Source: Macrostomum lignano (Eukaryota). From it: a stretch of 64,000 bases of DNA. This document shows, piece by piece, positions 13,918 through 25,290 of the stretch. The notes beneath the pieces are model-generated. The model saw only the letters and a list, made by a program, of their open reading frames with translations, made no database searches and was not told the DNA's origin. Position 1 is the stretch's first letter. Each line of letters starts with the position of its first letter. The stretch is from assembly GCA_002269645.1 (NCBI GenBank), contig NIVC01002652.1, positions 62,001-126,000 of the forward strand, written 5' to 3'. A program made the translations under genes and the position numbers.

Positions 13918-14751
13918 ATGGGTTCCTCGGCTGGCAAGGAAGAGCAGCCGCCGCCGCCGCAGTGGCGGGAGGCCGGGCGCACCGTGCCGGATCCGCGCGA
14001 TCCGCCCGACGAAGAAGGCGCCGGTCGGAACTTTGACTTCGGCGATAGGGTCCGGCGCCAGCAGCCGGAACGAGCGGCGCCAACTGGCGAGCGCGGCATC
14101 GGACGCCCCTCCGATCCGTCCTCGGGAGCCGGAGGCGGCGGCGGCGGCAACCGCGAGTTCATCCGGGTCGGCGACAGGCTGGAGAACAAGCCGATGGACA
14201 AGTTGCAGCACGGCCTGGGCGACCCAAAGCGGGAGAAATTCAAAGCGCCAGTTGACAAGAAGAAGCTGCGAGGCACCGTGGCGACTGAGAAGCAGCCAGG
14301 AGCCACGGCTGGCCGGCAGGTGCTTAACTGGGAGGAGGTGGACAACACCAGCTCCTACGTTGTGATATCGAAGCCACAGATGCTGGTGGAAGACGCCGAG
14401 CCCTACAATAAGAGGCCGTTGCCAACTTTTCGCAGAGGCGCTGACGTGGCCGAACTCGACGAAGAAGAGCTCGAGGCCAGACGGGAGGCGGAGCTGCTGC
14501 CGCTGGAGCAGCAGGTCGACCCGGGCGTCAACATTGACGGCTTGGAGATCGACGCTGTCGGCTACCAGGCCAGGCTGGACCCCCTGCCGCTGCTGCTGCC
14601 GCGCAAGGCAAATGTGCCGAGGGAGGACTACCTGGGCACCGCCTGCGGCCAGGATGTCCTGGGCGTGGAGGACGACGGCTACGCCAGAGACGTTGGCCGG
14701 CTGCCAAATGGGGAGAGAATAAACTTGCTGCGCATCATTAGCCAGTATTGA
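13918..14751 (+). CDS. Uncharacterised 277-aa protein; N-terminal MGSSAG resembles an N-myristoylation site
   Basis: Uninterrupted GC-rich ORF with strong GC3 codon bias, ATG in gcaATGG context, TGA stop. I do not recognise the family. Confidence 0.8.
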   Translation: MGSSAGKEEQPPPPQWREAGRTVPDPRDPPDEEGAGRNFDFGDRVRRQQPERAAPTGERGIGRPSDPSSGAGGGGGGNREFIRVGDRLENKPMDKLQHGLGDPKREKFKAPVDKKKLRGTVATEKQPGATAGRQVLNWEEVDNTSSYVVISKPQMLVEDAEPYNKRPLPTFRRGADVAELDEEELEARREAELLPLEQQVDPGVNIDGLEIDAVGYQARLDPLPLLLPRKANVPREDYLGTACGQDVLGVEDDGYARDVGRLPNGERINLLRIISQY

Positions 14752-14794
14752 AGGGCCTGTGCTGATTGGTGATTGGTTCTAGTCGGGGCTTAGC

Positions 14795-15650
14795 TGTTCG
14801 CTGTGTCAGTGAGGATGTTCGCTGTGTCAGTGAGGATGTTCGCTGTGTCAGTGAGGATGTTTGCTGTGTCAGTGAGGATGTTTGCTGTGTCAGTGAGGAT
14901 GTTTGCTTGTCAGTGAGGATGTTTGCTGTGTCAGTGAGGATGTTTGCTTGTCAGTGAGGATTTTTGCTGTGTCAGTGAGGATGTTTGCTGTGTCAGTGAG
15001 GATGTTCGCTGTGTCAGTGAGGATGTTTGCTGTGTCAGTGAGGATGTTTGCTTGTCAGTGAGGATTTTTGCTGTGTCAGTGAGGATGTTCGCTGTGTCAG
15101 TGAGGATGTTCGCTGTGTCAGTGAGGATGTTCGCTGTGTCAGTGAGGATGTTTGCTGTGTCAGTGAGGATGTTTGCTGTGTCAGTGAGGATGTTCGCTGT
15201 GTCAGTGAGGATGTTTGCTGTGTCAGTGAGGATGTTTGCTGTGTCAGTGAGTATGTTTGCTGTGTCAGTGAGGATGTTCGCTGTGTCAGTGAGGATGTTC
15301 GCTGTGTCAGTGAGGATGTTCGCTGTGTCAGTGAGGCTGTTCGCTGTGTCAGTGAGGATGTTCGCTGTGTCAGTGAGGATTTTTGCTGTGTCAGTGAGGA
15401 TGTTCGCTGTGTCAGTGAGGATGTTCGCTGTGTCAGTGAGGATGTTTGCTGTGTCAGTGAGGATGTTCGCTGTGTCAGTGAGGATGTTTGCTGTGTCAGT
15501 GAGGATGTTCGCTGTTCCATGAGGATATTCAGTGAGGGAGGATATTTCATGAGGTCAGTGAGGATATTCCCTGAGGTCAGTGAGAGAGGATATTCCCTGA
15601 GGCCAGTGAGGATTTTCCCTGAGGTCAGTGAGGACGTTCGCTGTGTCAGT
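14795..15650. repeat. 21-bp minisatellite (cgctgtgtcagtgaggatgtt)n with diverged terminal units
   Basis: Tandem copies beginning about 45 bp after the stop of the 13918 ORF. Confidence 0.96.
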
Positions 15651-18600
15651 GACACAATGCAATGCGGTATCGTGTATTGACTCAAGTAGTACGCGTACTT
15701 TATAGCATATTGTAAAATACTTCTCCAGTATTGGTATCAATATTTTTCGCTAAATATATACCCAACAATGCGACTGCTTTACAAGAAGCCGCGAAGCAGA
15801 AATTCTCTGAATAAATTTCGTTTCAATGCCATGCACATAGAATTTACATCGTAAATGGTGAGCTCTCATTCTGAAGAGAATGAACTTACAAGCTTTACTG
15901 GAGCTGGGACCGGATTCCCGCAGTGACCTGGGGTCGGGGATCTGCAGTCAGAGGCCTGCAGTAACAACACAGAATTGCTTTCATTTCGTGCTCAAGAGGA
16001 CTCCTCAATTGCAGCCATGATTCCGTGCCCTAGGTAGGCAACCTCGCCCCTCTCAGGTCCGGATGGCTGGATCAGAAGTTACCTTTCGCGTGCGGTGGTC
16101 CTCATGGTATTTGGTTTCTGGGGAGAGCATGACAGACTCGGGAAGGATCAAAGCTGGTCTGTCTGTACTCGACCCACTGCGCAGCACCTTGCAGTATCTT
16201 AATTAATTTGCAATTCAGAAATTGTTCCCCAGCAAGCTTTCCTTTCTGCCTTCTTCTGGATGATCTGCCTGTCACGCGGCACAGAGCGAGGAATATGATG
16301 CGAAGATGAATCCTTTCTTATGAAGGCTTTTATAACAATTTTTCATTGCTTACATAATTCAATTAATTCAACGAGTATATTGATTATTCCTAACAAAATC
16401 GATAAAAGGGGGATTGACTTAGCTTGAAACTCTTCCAACACGATACTACTTGCATGATTTACCAATGAATCACTTGGATTACCAATGAATAATTGCAAGA
16501 AGGAATGCAACTCAGTTAATGCAGACGTTCTGGCCCCGAAGTACGAATTAACGTTCCGAATATTAAAGAGGCACTGAAAGACCACTAGTGGCAACAGCAT
16601 CGGAGCAATAAAGAATTAAGCCAATTAGGCTCCAAATTTTGTGCACCTAAGCGGAATCGATCCGAGGATCCTGTCGCGTGAGCCAGACGCGTCACTTCTG
16701 AGATGCTCTCTGCCTCCCTTCCACAGGATTGGGCTGCTGTCGGTCGCTTTCACAACGTCGAAATCCACTACGGAGATAGGCAATTATGATCGGCATGTAT
16801 GAATTTTCCAATCTCCGCATGGCTTTTTGAGTCATGCCAGCCACAACTGAGGTGCTCTGAATTCTCCGCCTTCAACGTCTACCAGGTGCACGTCTGACAA
16901 GTGGCCAATCGTTTTGTTCTGCTACTTGGTTGGCGTAATTACGTCGTAAATCCTAGGAGTACCTTGCGAGAAGTTTACGAACTCACGTCTGGGACATTTA
17001 ACAGCTGCTGTTCTTTCCTGGCACGCAATCAACCGTCTGCTCAGACAGTGTCGGCACTACTGGAATTTAAGCATCCCATTGATGACTGCCGTGCGCCTTT
17101 TTACTCAATTGACAGGCCCACAAACACGGATGTCTCAGGAGTTTCCTATAGGCCTTTTTTAGATGGCTTTAGCGTTTAGGTAGCCCACCTGAGGACGACT
17201 TAAGTAACGTATATATCTACTTAAGTAGTCCTTGAGCCCAGCCTTAGATACCGTAGCTTAGTGGTCGCCAGAGGGGTTAACGGAATGAAGCCAAATAAAG
17301 TAAGTCCAAGGCCGATCAAATATAAAAATGTTGATTATTTACAACGGATTGCGGTGTAAACAGAGTATTCATTGCATCAAATGTTTTTGGCGAGTTTTTC
17401 TTCTACAGGACCATAATAATAAAAATTATTAAGGCGATCAATAGCAGTAACGGGTGCCCCAGCTAATGACTGAAGTTTTACCAATTTGGGCGAGGCAAAA
17501 ACACGCATTTTATGCCCGGAACATTAGGCTCGTTTATAGGACTCTGCAGTCTTCCATCCACAGGAAGACTGTCTAATTGCATAGAGGATGACGATAGCTC
17601 ATACGTGTCGAATTCGATCGCGACTGCAATTAATTCTGGGGCCGATTAAGCGTCATCAATAAGACTAAAATTAAGGAGGCTGCAGGTTTCACCATGCTTT
17701 CGTGATCAATTTCTGCCTTGAGCTGTGCGATGTTGTATAACTTATGTGACAGCAAGAGTGACTGCAGGCTGGGTGCTTGGGGAAACAAGAGTTAGAGAGA
17801 GTTTCTGCGATCTGTCTGAGACTGGCCTACTTGATGTATCCGTAAGATTTAACGGGAGTGACAGTGACCACTGAAGTTGAAGTGGAGTTGAAAATGTTTA
17901 AAGTGAGAGTTTTAAATGAGAACAATGGCTTTGAAATCAGTTCACGGAGTATAAACAATTTGTAGCGGTATAGTTATCAAATACTCGTAAATATTACGTG
18001 GCTAAAACTAGAATAGCTGGAAAGTTGTTATTGGTCTGGTAGTTATGAATGCTATTCACAATTTATTTATTCATGTGAAACAATCAGTCGCGCGAAAAAG
18101 TCGAAGAATATATAGAATAAATCTTAAAAAGTAATACGCAGGGAGCAGCTACTGCGATCGAGGCTGGCTGTCGTAGAGTTTCTTAGACCTTGAGAAGCTG
18201 CATTTATTAATTATCATATTTTCAAAGGCATGCTTGAATGCTTATTTTGCTACCGTCTCGTTAATTAGAGACGATTGACCTCATAATACTGAATATATAA
18301 TTTATTTTTTCGTCTAGCGCAGACTTTTTAGTTCTCTCCAAAACCAACCCCAAGGAACACTTCGTTATAGGAGGACGTTATACACTTTCGATTCGTGGAG
18401 TCTAGCACTCGAACTCCTTGAAATTAACTTGTAGAAAGAAAAGGGTTTGGCTAAGAAATTTTCCCAGATCCTTAATTCAATTGAACTTAAGAATTCCTTC
18501 CTCTCGCCCTCTTTCCAGTGTGCATTTTCACAAGTCAATTTGCATGCGGATCTGATTATTATTCAGTAAATATTTCAATCAATCTTCGATGCAAATTCAA

Positions 18601-21147
18601 TTTTTCATCAAAAACCAGGCAATCACTATCAATTGCCATATTCTCATTGCATGGCCAGTCTGTTCAGGGATTAATTTTTTTTAAATGCGACCTTACAGTA
18701 CATGTAATTCAAACAATAAGCAGACATATGTGTGAAGGGTTTATTTGTCTATAAATATCGAAAATATTGCTGCATGGAAAATAATGCAAAAACAAATAAT
18801 ACAGGCAGATGCATCGGTTTGCGCGAGCCCGCGAGGGCTAACCGCCTTAAGGTGCATGAGGGGGGCTATTTGGGTTGTTGGCTGTCTGGTGGGGGGGGGG
18901 GGGGGTAATTTGTACATGTATTTAGGCCGCCACCTTTGTGGCTGCTAATAAGCTTTGCTTTCGTTTGATATGTATCTCGCTAATTTATTAATTTTAAACC
19001 TTGTCTATTCCATTCGTTTTAACAATACATGAAATAAATACTATTGACTGAACTGGGGTGCATCCCCAAGCTTTTCGCTGCCTCGCCGTCGCCACGCCAC
19101 ACTCGGTTTTTCTTGCCTCCCCTTCACTAATAAAGTAGAAAAATAACATCCAGCATTCTATTGCATGCACGAATTCACACATTGAGACTGCATGTATGCT
19201 GCTGATACATGCATGCGCATTGCACATGTTTGTGTTAAAGCCAAGATACGCCATTAAATATAAAGATATAAATGTTACCCATTTAAACCTGGCTGTCGGA
19301 CAGTAGTTCTTCCGGTTTGACATATTCGCGTGGGGGGCCTATTCTTTTTCTTTCTAACAGTCTAACAAATCAAGCATGCACACTATTTTAGATTTTTTAA
19401 GTTTTTGTTTTTTTGAAAGCCTAATTTTATTTTTTTTATGAGAAAACGTTTTACGTGTTTTATATTTGAGACAGTAATAAAAACCAAAAAAATTTAAAAT
19501 ATACATAAAAAAGTGACAATAAAGGAGATATTAATAATTAGTCATATGACCAATAATACCTCCTATTAGTCCTATATTATATATACGGTATAGGCTATAT
19601 AATTTAATATAACTTAGCCTTACTAAACAAGAAATAGAATATAAAACAACTGTTATTCAATAAACAATAATATCAATAAAGCTATTGATAAGTATTGGTT
19701 TTTGCGAGCTATCTCAGCCAAGGAGCAAGCAAACTCATCCATTCCATAGATTTCAATACGACGAAGGAGGTGGTTTGAACCATAGACTATCACGTTTTTT
19801 CAACCAAACTCATCCAACGGGCGAGCAATCTCAGCCATAGCTTGTCTGCCCATTCATTTCCTCTTCCCTTCTTTCTTTCCTCCTCCTCCTCAATTTCCTG
19901 TGTTCTGATGTGCTGCTCTATCATAAAGTCTCTTATATACAAACCAATTAAATTTTTCGCTTAATAAACAAGCTATAAAAATAATTTAAAGACATTGATT
20001 TGTTTGCATGTCTATTTTTCCCTTTAAATTAATAATCAGTATTAATAATGTATTAAAATTGTCGGGCACTAGTTTATTAATAGCTTTATAAACATTAAAA
20101 TTTTCATTAACATTATTGGACTGTAATTAAGTTAAGATTTTTTGCTATAACAAATTAATAAATTTTCATTATTTTTTTAGTTAATGTCAATAATAAACTC
20201 ATGGTTACAATGAATGACAATGCCAATGAGAAAAAAACAAAATTATCAGTCTAAAGAGAAGTTACAACATTACAAATATATTTTAATTATCAAAGTGCCT
20301 AATTATTATATTTTGTTTGTGATGATAATATGTGATGATATGTGATGATAATAATATGTAACAACTTCTTACTTATGAACCTCAATTTAATGAATAAAAA
20401 TTATGAACCTTTTGCTTGCAAATGAGCATCACTTTGATTCACTTCTTTCCCAATATTTCATATCTTTCTATTGTGCCTACTAGTGCTATTGAAACAACCT
20501 TCCTATTCACATTTTTATTAACTAATTGGCTTTGAATTTTCAAATAAATAAGCTACTTGTTTTATGTTATACTTACTTTTAATAGTATTTTTCATTTAAG
20601 ATTTTGCTTATTATTTGTTACTTTTTTACTTTGAACTTCTTTGGATAATCTGTGTCAGCTGAAAATATAGAATAGCAAAGATGGTATATTATAAAGTCTA
20701 TACAAGAAGAAAGTGCAGAATTCCTATATTTTTTATGTTTACTTTAATGGATTATCACTTATCAATGATTGTCAATTAACTTAAAATTAAGAGTTAATAA
20801 GTTAAGATTTTTTGTTTTAATGCTAATGCTTTTGTCATTAATGGAAGTTAAGATTTCTATTAAGGGTGCCTAATACTAGTACATATTAAAGTAATATAAT
20901 TTCTAATAGTGTGGTAGGCATAATTATCTTTTAGCAAAAAGTAGTTAATGCCTATACAGACAACAAAATTTTCAATAATATCAAGCTAAAATTAGAATTT
21001 AACTTTGTTTATATTAAACTTATAATATAACTCCACTCCACACCAATTCTTTTCATATAAGTTTTCTTAAACAGCACTTTGAGCAAGTCTTAAGCACCTA
21101 GGCGCAGTTATCAGCAGCTGCAGTCGCGCACAAACTTCCAGCAGGAC

Positions 21148-22191
21148 ATGCCCGGAACTGGCAGCAGCCGCAAGCTGGACACTGATCTGGCCGCTAAGCT
21201 GGCCCGACGGCTGATGCGCTGCGAGGGCCGGCCTTGTCGGCACGCTTCAACCACTGACAGCGAAGGCGACGAAGACGACATTGATGCGCAGATCCGACGC
21301 CGGCAGCGCCAGGACGGCGGCGGCATCAGCCTCTGTCCGCAGTTGGCGCTGAAGCTGGCCAGCCGGCTGGAGAAGTCCGAGTCCTGCGATAGCGGCGTCT
21401 CCGTGGCCTCGTCCTCCTTCTGTCTGACGGCCGCGCCAGCGCCGGCCAGCAGCCTCGGCGACGCCGACGCCAGCCGGTCGCTGCCGGTCAGCCGGCGCGG
21501 CTCCCTGGAGGCCGAGTTTCCCTCCCTGCCACGGCGGGAGCTGCTGCGCCTGCGCGACCTCTTCTCCGCTCAGGCCGCCGACGCCGCCGCGAAAACCGAC
21601 GCCGGTATCAGCAGAGTCAGCGAGCCACGCCTGCCGCCTGAGGCCGTCGGCCGCCTGTTGGAGCAGCTGGGCACGCCGCTGACCCACCTGACGCTGCGCT
21701 CCGCCATGCGCGACCTGGACGCGGCCGGACCGGACGGCCGGATCGGCTTTCGTGGCTTCCTGGCGCTGCTCGGCCGGGCTCGCGTGGTCGCTGCTGCCGC
21801 CGTCGCCGCCGCCGCGGCTGCTTCCGCCGCATCAGCTGACAGCGAAGAGGACGGCCTGATGCCGGCGTGGATCGATGCCAGCGCCGAGGTGACCTCCGTG
21901 CCCGTTGAAGAGGTTGGCGTCCTGGAGGCGCGCAACTTCTTCGAGTCGCAGATCGCCGTTCTGCAGCAGCGCGCCAGCCGGCCGGCCGCTGCTCCGGCTG
22001 CCGCAGCGCACTCTTTGTCTAGCAGCGAGGGGGCCCGGCGCCGGTTGTCTCCGCTGGCTGGAGCTCGCGACCAGACGTCAGGGCCGACTGTCGCTCGCGA
22101 CCAGGCGTCAGGGCCGACTGTCGCTCGCGACCAGGCGTTAGGGCCGACTGTCGCTCGCGACCAGGCGTCAGGGCCGATGTCGGTTGATTAG
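21148..22191 (+). CDS. EFHD2: Divergent EF-hand domain protein of the EFHD1/EFHD2 (swiprosin-1) family, intronless
   Basis: DLAAKLARRL, LEQLGTPLTHLTLRSAMRDLD, IGFRGFLALL and VGVLEARNFFESQI correspond to the EFHD motifs ELATKLSRRL, MEKLGAPQTHLGLKNMIKEVD, LSFREFLLIF and EGVKGAKSFFEAKV (alignment from memory). The C-terminus is a 30-bp repeat (ARDQASGPTV). Confidence 0.8.
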   Translation: MPGTGSSRKLDTDLAAKLARRLMRCEGRPCRHASTTDSEGDEDDIDAQIRRRQRQDGGGISLCPQLALKLASRLEKSESCDSGVSVASSSFCLTAAPAPASSLGDADASRSLPVSRRGSLEAEFPSLPRRELLRLRDLFSAQAADAAAKTDAGISRVSEPRLPPEAVGRLLEQLGTPLTHLTLRSAMRDLDAAGPDGRIGFRGFLALLGRARVVAAAAVAAAAAASAASADSEEDGLMPAWIDASAEVTSVPVEEVGVLEARNFFESQIAVLQQRASRPAAAPAAAAHSLSSSEGARRRLSPLAGARDQTSGPTVARDQASGPTVARDQALGPTVARDQASGPMSVD

Positions 22192-22283
22192 TGGATCCAT
22201 AGATGAAGGAATTGGCGGATTGCTTAACTCGCGGTTTTCGGTGGGCTCAAGCGAGGGGTGTGTTTCATAACCTCGATATTTCA

Positions 22284-22905
22284 CAAGCTCCAATCTCCAC
22301 ACGCTCCAAACTCCACAAGCTCCAATCTCCACAAGCTCCAAACTCCACAAGCTCCAAACTCCACAAACTCCAAACTCCACAAGCTCCAATCTTCACAAGC
22401 TCCAATCTCCACAAACTCCAAACTCCACAAGCTCCAATCTTCACAAGCTCCAATCTCCACAAGCTCCAATCTCCACAAGCTCCAAACTCCACAAGCTCCA
22501 ATCTCCACAAGCTCCAAACTCCACAAGCTCCAAACTCCACAAGCTCCAATCTCCACAAGCTCCAAACTCCACAAGCTCCAAACTCCACAAGCTCCAAACT
22601 CTACAAGCTCCAATCTCCACAAGCTCCAAACTCCACAAGCCTCAAACTCCACAAGCTCCAATCTCCACAAGCTCCAAACTCCACAAGCTCCAAACTCTAC
22701 AAGCTCCAATCTCCACAAGCTCCAAACTCCACAAGCTCCAAACTCCACAAGCCTCAAACTCCACAAGCTCCAATTTCCACAAGCTCCAAACTCCACAAGC
22801 TCCAAACTCTACAAGCTCCAATCTCCACAAGCTCCAAACTCTACAAGCTCCAATCTCCACAAGCTCCAATCTCCACAAGCCTCAAACTCCACAAGCTCCA
22901 AACTT
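22284..22905. repeat. 16/17-bp minisatellite (ctccacaagctccaaa/t)n
   Basis: Tandem copies downstream of the EFHD-like stop. Confidence 0.96.
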
Positions 22906-23994
22906 CGAAAAGTCAAAGCCGAAAAGTCAAGCTACAAATATTCACTTCTTCCGCTAGCTCTTGAACTAATTCAAACTTGTGAAACTTCGAGCTTTACGAG
23001 CTATTACGTTTCGAGCTTATGAAACTCGAACTTGGCATGTAGCTCAGGCCTACTTGGAGCGCCTTTATAATATCATCAGCTTTGGCCTTGCACCGAACAT
23101 TGCTAGGCTATAGCAATCCATTACTTCCTTCATCCTGATGGAGCTGGAGCCGGGTCGGAGGCTTTACTTAGAAACAGACAGTGCTGTCGGCTTTTGGTAA
23201 AAGAAGCTTTTGACCACAAAAATCTCTAACCGAGTTTATTTTTTCTTCATTTTTGAGAGATTTTTACACTAGGAGAAACTGCCTGCGGTTTTTAAACTCC
23301 CATTTCACCAGCGCCCTGCTGTACTTTTAATTTAATTTTCAATTTGCACTCCCAATTCATCAACCAACTGACCTGTTGCTAACCCATGCACTGTTTCACT
23401 CTTGCCATTGCGAATCGTGTGTTTTTGTGTCCTTAAACTCGTACACTAATCAATGCAGTTCGTTGTGTTTGCGGTGCCTTATTTGAATGCTATATTTTTT
23501 GTTTGTTTGCTGCATATATCTTTTATCATTATAATTTTATAACTAAACAGTATTTTTATTTACTATTCTTACATGTAAAAACAGTGCGGTAATGTGCAAG
23601 CATTTCACCACCGGAACTCTTAAAAATAGTAAGATCCGCATGCCCCTGTGTCACAGTTTAGTCTCCAAAGCTTGTCTCCAAAAACTTCCTTTGAATGAGA
23701 GACATGTGCAGGAGATCTGGGGTCTTACCCATGTTTATAGATGAGTGCTACTCGACGTACCTATAATTAGTAGTATAAAGCGGTTATTAAGATTGAAAGA
23801 CACAAGGAACTGTCTGAATGAATTTATTATGGCTAACCAATTAGATTAGGGCTCCTTCAAGGGATCAAATTAAGGGGCGCTAACCACGATCGAAGAGACA
23901 GCAAAATTTGGGACGGGTGCCCCTTAGGGTTGCCCCACAATTACATGTACATGTTACATATGTACGCTGTATAGATTATTACGGTATATTGTAG

Positions 23995-24122
23995 TCGGTT
24001 TTAGAGCGTCGGACTCACGACTAGAAGGTTGGGGATTCGATTCTTGACCCCACTCGGAACAATTTGTCTCCTTAAGCAAGACACTTAATGTCTTCAGTTC
24101 ACCCAGCTGTAAAATGGGTTTG
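23995..24122 (+). mobile_element. tRNA-derived SINE with CORE-like central domain (copy 1)
   Basis: B-box-like gattcgattc, then gtctccttaagcaagacacttaa...cccagctgtaaaatgggt; homologous to 43415-43560. Confidence 0.7.
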
Positions 24123-25290
24123 TGTGTGTGGCGACCGGCCCCCAGTCCTTTTGACTGAACAGCCACGCACATACGCAGCCTTCAGATGCGCCTGAGCTGT
24201 CGGTACGCGGTTATCTGCCCGTTAATGCAAGGTGTAATCAATCGTATTATTATAATAGGTTAGATTGCAGATTACATTTTACGTGTAAAACGCGTTAATT
24301 GCAATATACAGCTGCAGTGTATTATATACCTAATTGCATGCCTGTATGATCGTGACATACTACTAACTTAAACGGTTGGTTGTTTTTTTGACCCCAAAGT
24401 CTTGCAAGATTTTTACTTTCATTTTTTTCCAAGCTGCTTTATATTTGTTGCCGTGGCATTTTCCGTGTTTTGTGTAATATTTTGATCAGTGATTAACCTT
24501 TCTATTAACAAAGCGTAATCCATGCATATTATAATACCTGCAGTAGTGTTAAAACTTAATTTATAAAATAAATGGTTTTTTTAACAATCCCAGAAGTTTC
24601 TTTCAATTTTGATTTTTTAAACCCAAACACCAATCCCAGTTGACGTGGATCTCAAACCCTGGCAGTTGTGGTGGATCTATTGACTTTCTTATTGAATTGA
24701 AGCAGTTATGTGTTTACTAATTAAATTGAAGGCAAACTAGCTGATAGGAAGAAATTAATTTGACTTTCTGCAAACACACAACGGCATATGCATAAATGAA
24801 GTATATTTCAAATTGCAGGACTTAGCCCATGCCCAACAGCAGTTATAAATTAAAAACAAAAAATAATATCTAGCTAGCTCTAGAGCAGACCTGCCTGGAA
24901 CCAAGCCAATTCTATTACTGTTTTCTGCTACGAGTACAGATCAGTAGATCACTGACTTGAGCTTATTTAGGATTAATAATTTATGACCTTTCGCATTCTT
25001 TTCGAAGGCAAACAGGGTTTTTTTTGTGCGCAGAGTGTGCGTATGCACCCTAAATTTTAAAATCGCACCCTGAAATTAAAAAAGTAGGTGCGGTTTAGGT
25101 GCGGTCTTATAACCATTTTTCTTTAAAGGCTTAACCATGCTTAAGCTATTTTTTATGCACTGCCTTAAAATATGAAACAAAATAACTCTTTAAATCCTAT
25201 TAAGTCATATAGGCGATATAGGCCTAGCCTATAGCTATAGCCTTATGTAAGATATTAAAATATACATTCCCAGTTGTCAGAAATGTGAGC

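Noticed and set aside
17188-17235. Hammerhead ribozyme (CTGAGGA followed by a stem)
   Set aside because: The required GAAA after stem II and the other stems are absent.
23995-24060. tRNA genes here and at 43415-43490
   Set aside because: Only A/B-box-like heads are present, with no complete cloverleaf, and they continue into a shared SINE body.
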